From positions 74,340,001 through 74,404,000 of the forward strand of contig NC_045697.1 of NCBI RefSeq assembly GCF_009834535.1: 64,000 bases of DNA, given 5' to 3'. Both the position numbers and the translations under genes were made by a program. The notes under the pieces are model-generated. The model was not told the origin of the DNA and searched no databases. It saw only the letters and a list, made by a program, of their open reading frames with translations. Numbering within the stretch: position 1 is the stretch's first letter; each line of letters starts with the position of its first letter. This DNA comes from Camelus ferus (taxonomy: Eukaryota). Shown here piece after piece: positions 1 through 12,370 of the stretch.

Positions 1-2339
1 AAATTGATGGCCCCGCAGGGAATTTGATCTGAGCTTTCCAGGCTAGGGAAGAGCCGTCTTACAATATTCAGCTGCTGTGTTCATTGGCTCATTGGTTTCC
101 CCTAAGGCCTCTCTTCATAATGCTCTGGAAATTTTTTCCTGGCTAGGTTAACATATGTGCTACTGCATCTGGCTAGCGACCAGACTGCTAGGATAAAGGT
201 TCTAGGAAATTTTACTATGTCCTGTTCCCCAGCTGGTAGCAAGAAGTCTGAGCCAGCTAAAAGCTGACTGGACAGAGAACAAATGGATGAAATATTTGAG
301 TGAATCATCATAAGGGAGCATAGTTTTCACCAAGGAAGGTTATTATAGACATCCGAGGAGACGATGTCATACTGCTGTCACCTCCTACCCTTTAAAAAAA
401 AAAAAAACTTTTACAAATTACCTTGTTAGTGATTCATATAGTTAACACAAGTCTAGACATTCTTTTTCAATAAGAAGGATTAATTTATAATTTCTATTTG
501 ACTTACAAAATTGGTCAGTCAAATTACACATAGATTAATTTGGCAGAAAGTCTGAAAGTACAGTATATATTATATCCCTAAAATTCATCTCAAAATTTTT
601 TTGTTTATTTCTAGAGGTAATTTCCTCCTGATTTATCTGAAAAGTCAAGCTATTCTTATATTTTTGTTGTACCAGTAGAAAACTTCCAGGGAGGCAGGCA
701 ACAGATACGCAAGTGTAAAGTTAGTTTTCAAGAAGGCCTGAATTTAAAGCCATTTCCTAGCTGTATAATCTCAGACAAATTACCTAATCTCTGCAAGCCT
801 TAGAGCTCAGAACATCGTAATATTTACCTCACATCATTAAGTAAAACAGTGTGTAAAATATGTTGCCCAGTGCCCAGCTTCACTTTCTCCTCCACCCAAT
901 ACTTTGATATTTTTGTTCTGACACAGAAAATGGAAGAGAATGTTAATATTACCTGGTATTTTATTTTATGATAAGATTTCATTTTTCTTTGAACTTAAGT
1001 TTAATTTTCCTTTCTTTTGAGACAAAAATAGTTTTGTGGATCATTATCATTCTTAGGGAGTATTCTGCAACAGGATAGAAGTAGAGCAAACAGGGAAAGG
1101 TGGAAATATTTCTGTTTACTTAGAGAATGAAGAACTAAAACACAAATATGCTTTTGATAAGATTGTTAAAGATGAAATCTAAATTTTCAAGTTTTGTTTT
1201 GTTTTGTTTTTTGGTCATTTATGACCCTGTTGCTTAGTTTCTTTATTTAATTTTTCTTTGACAAGGAAATCACAGGTTTGGGGAAAGCAGCTGTACATCA
1301 AAATGCGCCTTTCCCACAGCTGTCAGAGACTGACCTGGTGTTGTTCTGGAAGGTGTGTAGTATCTCAGTGTGGGGCAGTTCACATTCTGAAGCCCAGAGA
1401 CTCTTCCCAGCAGGAGCTGTTTTTCAGTGAGATGCTTTGAAAGATGTTTTGCTTCATTTAAATGCCCTGTCAGAATAAATGTGCCCCTTCCTGTGCACGC
1501 CTTGTACAAGGTCAGCAACCTCTGAAGCTCTGATTGCCCCTGGCAATGCTGAGCCCTGGTTATCGTTGGCCTGCACAGACAGGGTAGTTGAGAGAATAAA
1601 AAAGGGAGAGAATATGAGGAACAGGGAAAGAGAAAGAGAAATAAAAAGGAGACAGACACATCTTTCCTGGCTTCATAATACATAGGAATTCTGACTGCTT
1701 CAGGATTTTTAATAATCACCTCTGATCTCTTGTGTTAATAAATGTACAGAGACTTTATTTCAGGTTTTTCATTTTGAGTTATATAAAAAGAATTGCTGTG
1801 TTTTTGTGTGTATACTGTGTATAAAAAAAATAACTACCAATCTGGCCCAAACTCAAGTAATTTTTCTCTTTAATGTCAAAGACATTGCGTTGCTAATAGC
1901 AACTGTGCCAGCACGTAGGTTCACCTTATTTGTACAGAGTGCTTCTTGCATTCTTCCTTTTGTTTGAAACGGTCGATTTGTTCGAATTTTGACCTTTCTT
2001 GCTCTTAGAGGCATAAGTTTGGACTGATTTATTTGGATAAGATTGGATATTGCACCTGGTGTGGATAATACTAGATTACATCTTCAGGAAATTGAACTTT
2101 TTCTTTTTACCTTCTAGAGCCAACAGCTTTCTGAAATGAATATGTTGGGGACAGTGTTAGCTTGTTTTGTTTTTTTATTTTTTTACTTCACTCTGCTACT
2201 TGGAATCTTTTGGTTTTGCACAAAAGTAGTTTCCTTTTGCTTTAGCAAAGTGATAAATACAGTTTCTGAAACTCAATTTCCTGGTATGTCCTTGATAAAA
2301 TTCAGTGTTTTTTGGTAGTTGTTGCTAATATGTGTGCTT

Positions 2340-2472
2340 TAAAACTTTTGAAATATTTAATATAATTCAAGCTTACAGAAAGTTGCAAAAATAGTGCAAG
2401 AAACATCCAGATTCACCAGTTGTTTACATTTTGCCCCATTTGCTTTATCATTCATGCTCACTATCTTTCTAG

Positions 2473-2507
<35 letters not shown>

Positions 2508-3910
2508 CATATAAATGTCTGTGGGTATGCATATATATTTTTTCTTGAACTAGTTAAAAGTAAGTTGTAGATGTTTTGCCCATTTTTATATAACCATAGT
2601 ACAATGATCAAAATCAGGAATTTTTATGTTGATACAATACTATTGTCTTTGTAGCCTGTATTCAGATTACATCAATTGTCCCAATAATGTCTTTTATATT
2701 TATTTTTTTTCCTGGTTCAGAATGCAACCCAGGATCATACTGTATTTAGTCTTCATGTTTCTTTAGTTTCATTTAAGCTAGAATGATTACTAGGCTTTTC
2801 TTTGTTGTTTATGAACTTGATATTTTTTTTGACAAGACATATTTGACGAATACAGACAAGTTATTTTGAAGAATATTTCTATTGATTCAGGGTGTTTGTT
2901 TGTTGTTGTTGTTGTTTTTTTTTGACATTTCTTCATAATTAGATTCAAGTTATAGATTTGGGGCAGAAATACCACTAAAGTGATGTGTACAGAAAAGGCA
3001 CATATGTCAGTTTATCCCATTATTGGTAACAGTGATGTTAGTTAACCTGGATTAAGTTGACACACGCAGGTTTCTCTACTGTAAAGTTATTGTTCTTCCC
3101 TTTGTAATTAACAAATAATTTGTAGGGAAGTTCTATGAGGCTATTTGTCTTACTCCTCATCACATTTCATTTAGCATTCATTAATGATTCTTGCCTGAAT
3201 TAATTACTATTAATTACTATAATGTTTATAAAAATAGTGATTTTTCTTGACTTCATCATTTCTTTCATATTTCTTAATTGGCAAACTGAGGAGAAGCTTT
3301 CCCTTCTCTCCCTTCATTTATTTATTTATTATTGTCTTTATCAGTATGGATTTCTAGATTCCTATTTTTCTAATGAGTTACACCCCATTATTATTATTAT
3401 TGATTTTGGTACTCAAATTGTCCCAGATTTGGCTAGTAGGAACCCCTTCAAACTGATTCCTTTATCTTTTGACATGTTCCCATCATTCTTTGAGCACTTC
3501 ATTAATTTCTGGCACAATAAAATGTTCCAGGATCATCTTGTCATTTCCCTGATACAATCCTGGAAGTAGCCTTTATTCTGAGATCTGGATGCTAAGTATA
3601 ATAATTAAAACTGGGATGCCACTGGTTCTAGGCCTTCTCAGTGGACACAGTGAGAATATCTGTGTGTCAGTTTGTGTGTGTATTTGCATAATCACATCAA
3701 ACAGATGCACTCAGTTCTAATCTAGCAGCAGGGAATTCATTCTAGTTCTCTCATGGTTATATATCTTCTCTATGTATTTCCTTTCTCCAACAGTAAGAAA
3801 TCTGAGAATGCTATTTTCTTAATATTTTTAGTTATTTGCTCAATCTTAGAATACAGAGAAAGTCATTTCAAAATTGCTATCTCATAACACATTTAAAACA
3901 AACCTACTAT
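2340..3910 (-). mobile_element. Old L1 3' region (L1MC-like), antisense
   Basis: T-rich strand with typical L1MC 3' UTR motifs (e.g. ctcaaattgtcccagatttggctagtaggaacccc, aacctggattaagttg). Confidence 0.75.
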
Positions 3911-3919
3911 AAAGTCATC

Positions 3920-4375
3920 ACAAAAAAATAAAAAACAGACCAATATCTCTTAAGAATATAGATGTGAAAATTCTTAAAATACTAGCTAACCAAATCCAGC
4001 AACAGATTTTAAAAAGAATTTTATGCCATAAGCAGATGGATTTATCACTACCACCATCACCACCCCACCTCCAAAAGGCAAGGTTGGTTTAACATCTGAA
4101 GTCAATGGATGTAATATAGTATATCAAGAGAATGCAGGACAACAACCACATTTATTCATATCAGTATTTATTCTGTATTCTTATTATATTCAATGGATTA
4201 TACTCCATTATTGTCATTATTTATTTTGACACTCAAATTGTCCCAATACACATACAAAAAAAAAAAGACATTTGACAAAATCCAACACACTTTCATGATA
4301 AAGAACACTCAACAAACTTGGATAAGAAGAGAACTCCCTTAGCCTGTTAAAAGGCATCCACAAAAATCCTGCAGT
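3920..4375 (+). mobile_element. L1 ORF2 reverse-transcriptase fragment, degenerate
   Basis: Decayed RPISL.NID.KIL..ILANQIQQ ... GWFNI ... FDKIQH.FMIK.LNKLG motifs with frameshifts. Confidence 0.85.
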
Positions 4376-5169
4376 AGGGGAAAGATGTGGCATAATATTA
4401 CTGATTTAGCTTTCCTACTCAGTGGAAATCATGCCAAGTATAGAAGCAAGGTTGTAAGGGAGAACTTAGAGATCTCCCAACTAAGCCTTCAAATATGCAA
4501 CTAGACCCAGATTTCTCAGTTGGGCACTTCTATAACAAGTCCACATTTTAAAAGAAAAAAAATAGATGGGAACATTAGTATGCTCCACAAGTCCTTACAT
4601 AAATCAAATTACAGTACTAATAAAATATGATATAACCAAGTAGGGGTGTTAATATGATTTAAAAATAGGAAAGGCATGAGTACTACTTGTGCTGGAATCC
4701 ACTGGTGCTATTACCATCAGATGCTAGGGAATAAACCATGTAGCATGGTGGGGGTTGGAGTACAAAAGAGGACACATCCAGTCTGTGATTTGTAAAATAG
4801 ATGCATAAAGACATAAGCAACACAAATTATCACCGTTGCTACCTTCTTAATTTTATGTTCTTAGAGCAGTTGTTAGTTCAAGAGGAAGTGACAAGAATCA
4901 ACTTCCAGTCATCCTTATTGTTTTATCACTGTAATAAAGCATGGCTAGCTAATATACCCATAGCAAACAATGATTTGTTATGTCTCTCACAAGTACTTGA
5001 GATTTTTCTTATGGTTTGAAAAAACAGTCCATGACAAAAATAGAAGACAGCCATCCCTCTAACATAGATTGTGAAGTGTGCTAAGAAAAAAGAAGAAATG
5101 TGAAGATGTAGAACTTATTTGGTTGTTGACAGCCAAAACGTGTTGTTTTAAAAAATGCTTTGAATGACT

Positions 5170-5435
5170 CCCTCTCATCAATGATATATCTCGATGCAAA
5201 AATTACTTCTTGAGAAAGACATTTCCTGACCACCCTGTCTAAACTTGCTCCTTCCTCTATCACTGTCATTGTAAGTTTATCCTGTGTAATTTTTTGATAG
5301 CATTTATCTGTTTTTAAAATTGTCTATTATGAGAGCAGATACTTTTTCTATCTCATTCACTACTGAATTCCCAGAATATAAAATAGTACCTGAAACATAG
5401 TAGGTATTTAATACTTATTTGTTGAATGAGTAAAT
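5170..5435 (+). mobile_element. L2 3' end fragment
   Basis: Ends in acatagtaggtatttaatacttatttgttgaatgagtaaat, the L2 terminus pattern. Confidence 0.7.
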
Positions 5436-5912
5436 ACAATTTTCCAAACACTTAAAGCAAAACAGTCTATGTCAGAGCTTTCCAAACTTTCACCTTTAGT
5501 GTGTCTATAATTTTTTTTCACAACACCTCTAGACCAATAAAATTAATGTAGCATAATTTGCTGTTGAACCTGTGAACTATCTCATCTAGTAATTAGTGTG
5601 ATATCCAATAGATGTTCAGTCTAGCTGTGTTTGCTTCAAAAAGTTAAAATATCCCACAGTACCACTCTAAGTTCACTAGCTCCCTGGGGAACCATAATAT
5701 AACATGGTTTATTTCATATATTAATGCTATAAGTTGAAGGTTTGGATGTCTCGGGAAGAGGCTCAATTTCTTCCTATGGAGCCATGAGGTACAGGGAGCA
5801 ATCTAGTATCAGAATCATTACCAGGTTAGGCTCTGATGCATCGACCTAGAAGAGTCAATCATAGTAAATACCTAAGTAATTAGAATCAGGGCATATTGAG
5901 AAATTCTAGAAC

Positions 5913-6040
5913 ATAATTAGACTGCTAAATAAGTCTAAACTTGACCTCTAAAGTCAGATCAAGGAATGGGTAAAAGATAATTAGACTGCTAAATAAGTCT
6001 AAACTTGACCTCTAAAGTCAGATCAAGGAATGGGTAAAAG
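5913..6040. repeat. Perfect 64-bp tandem duplication (2 copies)
   Basis: ataattagactgctaaataagtctaaacttgacctctaaagtcagatcaaggaatgggtaaaag at 5913-5976 and 5977-6040. Confidence 0.97.
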
Positions 6041-6840
6041 ATAGTAGATGTGTGAGCTCACTGGCCTTTGCATAACAAAGAGACCTCCTGGCTTATTTTG
6101 TTTTTCTTTCAATCAGAAGCTGAGAAGACTGCCTAGCACTTCACCTCCTAATGCATCCTCTCTTCCCTGACTTTTTTGGGTATGTCTCCCCAGAGTGTTC
6201 AGCATCCCTGGCTCTGCACAGGATCTTGCTTTGTGATGAGAATTAAGACAGATACAGTTTAGAATTATTTACAAAACATAGAATTAAATTTCCTGTATTT
6301 CTAAACATTCTACAACACCAAGTGCATTTCAAGATTTTTTTTGCCTCTCTTTGATTTTCAGTTTTAATAAAATGTCAAATAAATATTCAGCTTTGTACTC
6401 AAAGCACCTTAAGCTATTTATAGTGTCATTTCTTTCCTTTCTAACAGTTTAATTGCTAAAGTGTTTTAACAGTTCTATTAGTGTATATCTTAATTGTATT
6501 GATTTATCTATTTAACTTAGAGTTCATGTGTATCTTAAGTTTTCTGAGGATAAAATATGACTCATAAATATGTAGTATTTCAATGATTCAACTGCACTGA
6601 GTCAAGGAAAGTAGAATAATTTTAACCCTTTCCCAAAGAGTCAAATAATAAATATATTTTTGCTAGGAAAAAAGAACTTCCCAAATTAGAATTTTCAGAC
6701 ACAGGCACACTGGTGTGGTGGAAAGAATGTTGTAGAAGACTGAAAAATCCACGTCCTACGCCAGCTCTGTGCTCATTAGTGCCATAACCTTGGGCATAGC
6801 TATAAACTTGCCTGATTTTTCTCATTTGTAAAAATCGAAC

Positions 6841-6991
6841 TGAGAGGTATAGCTCAGTGTTAGACTGCATGCTTAGCATGCACATGGTCCTGGCTTCAAT
6901 CCCCAGTACCTCCATTTAAAAATAAATACATAAATAAACTTAGTTATCTCCCTCTGCCCACTACCCCCCCCCCAAAAAAAAGAAAAAAAAA
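6841..6991 (+). mobile_element. tRNA-Ala-derived SINE (camelid Vic-1 type), inserted into a MIR
   Basis: tagctcagtgttag A box, cttagcatgcac anticodon arm, ggcttcaatcccc B box, AT-rich body, A tail. MIR sequence on both sides (about 6700-6840 and 6995-7080). Confidence 0.85.
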
Positions 6992-8409
6992 TTGAGCATA
7001 GTCTTCCTACCTTGCTTACTTCACTGGATTGCTGTAATAATTTTTTGAAAGTTGCTGATGTGTTGTACAAAGGACATAGAATATGAACCCAGAATTTGAT
7101 ACATGACATTCTTTTCCACTTATTCGCTATGATTCAGGCTAGCCACTTTATCTTTCTTAGTCTCAGTTTCACATCTGTAAAAGTGAACATGCTAATACTA
7201 TTATCATAGAACTATTGGGAAGATCATTAAGATAATGCCTTGTGAGCCATAATAGATAAGGCTAGCATGAGTTGATTTTAGTAGCAAACTATAGTCTAAA
7301 GTGTTATTATCATGTTGAACTGAGTTTCACTGCATTCAAAATGAGATCAGGCCAGATGACCCATAAGATCCCTTGTAAATCTCTTGTAAAATGATCTACA
7401 TAATATGGCAATATTTTTTATACTTGTGAACCTTTCTACTAGCAGGAAGCTTAGAAATCATCTCCCCTAATAACACGTAGCCCAGCAGTCCATTTTATGT
7501 GCAAAGGTGAAACAATCAAACTGAAACTCAAAAAGCTTGTTTTCATGAATAGAAAAGCCTACACTTTTCATGACATGAAGCTTTTAAATATTGGGATCAT
7601 GGATGTAATTAAATCTGTAATCTTAATGTGTAGAAATTTAATACAATTTATTAGAATAGCCAAGCTTATGGTGAATATTTTTATAAAAATATAATAATAT
7701 AACTGATATGTATTAAATTCTTACCCTATGATAGGCTTTACAATTGTTATCTAATTCTTAACCTTCCTCTCATCAGCCACTAACAATTAATTGGAGTTGA
7801 AACATCCCTAACCTGTAACAATCTATAACAACAAGATGCCCCGCTAGTGTATTTACCATCCAGTAACACCAGACCTGTGTAACTTCAGCAAGATCGTAGC
7901 AAGGGTTTCTTTGTATTCTGTTAGTTTATTTATTAAGTTCTATCTCTAATCAAAATGTGTTCAAGCATACAAATATATTTTGAATGTTTTTCTTACATGG
8001 GTCCCCAGCCACTCCTCATTCTAACTAACTTGTAGCTTGGTAAAATAGGGCAAGAAAAGAAAGAGAAAAGTTGAAAGTGGCAGCTTTCCTCCACGTGTCT
8101 CTTTATACTTGGGAATTCAGAGCCCTTGTCCCCAACCCTGACTGTCTTTTGAGAATATTTCTGAATGGGACCTCCATTGTCATTCTTTGGAGAACAAAAA
8201 AAAGGTAAAAGAACTTAATAACACTTTGAGATTTTGCCTTGATTTCTTTTCTGAATGATAAATCTGTTGGATGCCAACTGATTAACGAACTAGATCTGGA
8301 AGAGTAAATAACTACAAAGCTCAAATGGCAATAGCAGGTGTTATTGTCAACTGGTTCCTCTCACCAGCATAATCCGTTTTATTTGAAATCAGTCAAAAGT
8401 ATCCAGAAG

Positions 8410-8875
8410 AAAAATGTATAGTAAAAGTTAGCCACTTTTCTAAGGAAAAAGAAAAGGAATGGGAGAAGGGGTTACTATTATAGAATAAAAGATGTGAGAT
8501 ATGTTGACTCAGTCAATATGAATAACTAATTTCAGTCTTGATTCAAGTAAATAAATTTTCAAAAAGACATTTTTCAGATAACAAAATTGGTATTAGGTGA
8601 TATTAAGAAATTATTGCTAATTTTATTGGGTTCACTCTCATGATTATGTTAGAGAAAAGAAAGCCCTTGTCTGTTAAATATACATACTGAAATATTTAGA
8701 GGTAAAATAATATGATTGTGTGGGATTTTCTTTAAGATTACCTCAGCGGAAAGATTCAGGTTGGGGATAGATTTCAAAATAGTGCCATTTTTTGAAGCTG
8801 GGTGATAAGTAACACAACTTCATTATACTATTCTCCCCAACTTTTGTATATGTTTTTAAATTCCCATTTTAATTT
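8410..8875 (+). mobile_element. Old L1 (L1ME-like) 3' end
   Basis: Motifs tacatactgaaatatttagaggtaaaa and gaagctgggtgata...cattatactattctc...cttttgtatatgttt. Confidence 0.7.
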
Positions 8876-11800
8876 TTAATTTTTTTCTTAATTGAGAAAC
8901 AGTTTCTCCCAGCAAAAAATTTATCATGCTTGTTGGTGGTTATCGGTTGCAAAGTTAATTATGCCACTGGATGGTTTCAGAGTTAAGAGTCTTGCCTCAG
9001 ATTTTCTGCAGCATTCTGTTGTAGAGAATGTCTAGTTTTTCTTTGATAACCCCGTATTTCTTGGTAGAGAACACAATCAAAATCCTGACCATCAACTCTA
9101 TATGAAAATGTTCTCCCATCTTTTAAGTTTCCAAAACCTATCTCTGTATGTAATCTTTTTATCTTCAAGTTTAATTTTGGATAAAACAGAACAAAATAGG
9201 GAATAGACAATATCATGGTTAAAATGGGGAGGAAAAAGCTAGAACAGATGGGAATGATGGGGAAAGGGAATTAAATTGCACAAAGCATCACTGACTGGAG
9301 CCAGATGTGACTATATTTTCAGGGGAGAAAATTCTCATGAGGAGGCCAGTTTCCTATAAAGTAACGCTGTAGACACATGATAAAAACATTGTGAAAGATA
9401 TTACCAAGACCTTCTTCAGTCAACTCAGAAATTAAATTTAGCTGCTATTTTGTATCCTTTCCAAAGGAAATATTTTCTTTTTAAAAAAAATATATCATAG
9501 CTTTTATTTTAATATTATGAAAGTTGCATAATGGTATAACAGAAATTTTAAAAATGAAAAGAGAAAATACTATAAAACCAAACAACTGATACCATTTGCG
9601 GATCATTCTTTCCAGTCTTTCTATTTGCTTATGATGCAGTCATACAGACAAAAATGCATGTTGTAATTTTTTTTACTTAAAGTTATTTCATGGGCATCTT
9701 CCATATTCAAATCTTAAATCCTTTGCAATCTCACAGACTTTCTGAGAAGTCCATTTTGTTCATGAATACAGTGACAAAGGGCTACCAGACATATTCTCAG
9801 AAGTCCAAATTATGATTTGGGCTTTTAAGAATAATTGCCCATTAATTTCCTAGTCCATTTAAATATATTTTATTAGGAGTAACTCTTACACCCAATTCAT
9901 ATGAAATATATTTCCTTAACGGGGTATGTGCACGTGCAGGAGCAGCCTTGAGGAAAGATCAAGGAACGTGAAAAGCTGTGGATTCCATTTTGGGCACTGA
10001 GATTTGTGCCATGCTTGACATACTTCTCAGGCTGAACTAGAGTTAGAAAGGTTTCATCCCAATACTCTGAGGTGAGATAAAAACCCTTCTTGAATTTATT
10101 ATACGGTTCAAATGACTTGTTCACCCCCCAGGACATCGCTGAAATAGGTAGTGTGATACACAATTCAGTGATCCACATTTGAGATGTGCCTTGGTAAACA
10201 CTGAATAAAAAGAAGGTAAATTCTCCAGAGAAGCAACCACTTTACTTTTTATGTCGAAGACAGACAACTGTGCCTCTTTGGAGCATTACTTATTCACAGT
10301 TGTAAGAAGAACCCTGCTGAGCCACTAAAAATGTGTAAGTAGTGAAGACTGCTAAAGAAGATACAAAAGAGGAAGTAGGAATTATGGTGGGGGGAAAATT
10401 AAAGACAAAAATTAAATTATTTGTTCTTGATTCTAAGTTGGCTCTGACTCATGAGTGCTATAGCTGCTTCCCAAGTCGTGGGCCTCTGTGAGCCTGGGCT
10501 AGGTAATCACAGTCACCTTGTAAGATTGCTATGAGGATGACATGAGATAATGTACGTAAAACACACAGCTCTTGGCACGCAGTGAATGCTAGAGAAATGG
10601 TAGCTAGCTGTTACCCTTTATTTCCCGCCTTCCCCTCATTTCACTCTACCCCTATCCAATTAATCACTAAGTCCTATGGTTGGATTGTCTTTTGAGTTAT
10701 CACTCTCAAATTCTTCTGTGCCCCATGTCTTCTGTCACTGCCCTGTTAAAGGCTATCATTGTCTCTCATATGGGTTATTGCAACAGGCTACTAATCCATC
10801 TCACTGCCTATAGTCCATTCTCTACTTCACATCTGGAAAGATTCTTAAAAACACAAATCTGGATATGTCATTCTTAGGCTTTAAGATTCTTCAGTGCCTT
10901 CCCAGTGCCTTTAGATAAAGTTCTACTTCCTTAACACGGCTTCTATGTGTTGCTCCTGCCTAACTCACCATCCTCCCCAACTCTCTGTGCTTTACCTGTG
11001 ATGCCCTGTGTTCAGCTCCATTGCCTGAAACATTCCTCCTCCCCCTTCACCCTATCCGTAGGTGTTGATTCTCCTTGGAGCTCCGTTTGTTTTAGATATT
11101 TCCATTATCATAGTTCTATGTACTATGTATTTTAATTATATGTTTACTTGTCAGTGCCTTACCCTCCCAAGACTGTAAGCTCCTCAATCAGGGACAGTGT
11201 CTGTCTTATTGGTTAAGAGCATCATAAATACTGGAAGAAAAAAGTAACAGGGGAAAAGAAGGAGAGGGGAGCAAAACAATAGGATTCATTCTAACACATG
11301 TACTTATTTTGGTGTCATTGAATTGAATTGAGTTGCAGATAAATTTTGCCTTTATTTTAAACTCAACTTCTGTTTCACGTTTACTTTTTCTAATACCATA
11401 CTTGTATTTTTATATGCATAATTAAGGGGAGGTGCTTTACAATGTGCTGTTTCTATCTCAAATCTCAGTATATACTACGTAATCTTGCTTCTCTCCTCCC
11501 ACCCCTACTCACCCAGTCAAACTCTTGCTTCCACTGGCCACTAAAAGAGATTAATTAGTTTCTGGATTTTTTTTTTTAATCTGTATAAATTATGTGAATG
11601 TAGCATGAAGCCCACTCTGACAAAACTATGCTGTGCTCTTTTTGAAGTTGGATTAAGGGCTCACTAAACAGGGTGTGCCCATTAAATTATAATGTTGTAA
11701 GCTTGAATCCTGAAAACATGTACTGCTGATATTTTGGGTTTTAATAGGATTAGCTCCACTATGAAAGAATTTGAGAACTTATGTTTCTGTGAAACTATGT

Positions 11801-11994
11801 TTATGAGTTAATTTGATATGAAAAGAGATGAACTGCTTTTCCTTCTATATCAAAAAAAGATTTATTTGTTTATACTCCGGGGATTTGAGAAATGTATGGA
11901 AAATTAGTATCACATTAGATATTTTAATCCTTATGAATCTATATAACAATGTTTTCTTATTCATGTTCTTGATATGTAACGTTAAAAACATCTT

Positions 11995-12370
11995 AGCTGT
12001 ATGACATTCTGGAAAAGGCAAAACTATAGTGACAGTAAAGAGATCAGTGATTGCTGTGTCGGGTGAGGAGAGGAGGAATGACTAAGTGGAGCATAGAGGA
12101 TTTTTAGAGCGATGAAAATATTGTGTATGATACTACAGTTGTGGGTACATGTCATTATACATTTGTCAAAACCCATAGACCGTACAACACCAAGAGTGCA
12201 CCCTGTGGACCTGGGTGATAGTGATGTCGGTTCATCATGTGTAACGATGACTTGGGATCCGATGTTGGCACAGGATTTGATAGTAGGGGAGTTGTGCATG
12301 AGGAGTAGAGGGTATATGGGAGCTCTAATTTTTGCTCAGTTTTGCTGTGAACCTAAAACTACTCTGAACA
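11995..12370 (+). mobile_element. L1MC1-like 3' end
   Basis: tatgacattctggaaaaggcaaaactata ... catttgtcaaaacccataga ... ttttgctgtgaacctaaaact. Confidence 0.8.

Noticed and set aside
102..311. 69-aa minus-strand ORF at the window start
   Set aside because: No recognisable homology or flanking splice signals, and neighbouring frames contain stops.
3222..3569. Hydrophobic 115-aa ORF (and similar F/L/I-rich ORFs at 12.5, 48.4, 49.4 and 62.2 kb)
   Set aside because: Antisense translations of T-rich L1 remnants.
5913..6040. Direct repeat as a CRISPR-like array
   Set aside because: Two abutting copies with no spacer, in a mammalian intron.
6841..6915. tRNA-Ala(AGC)-like sequence (also at 19.1, 28.5, 38.1 and 46.6 kb)
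   Set aside because: Each copy has a SINE body, an A tail, TSD-like flanks and stem-breaking substitutions. They are SINE heads, not tRNA genes.
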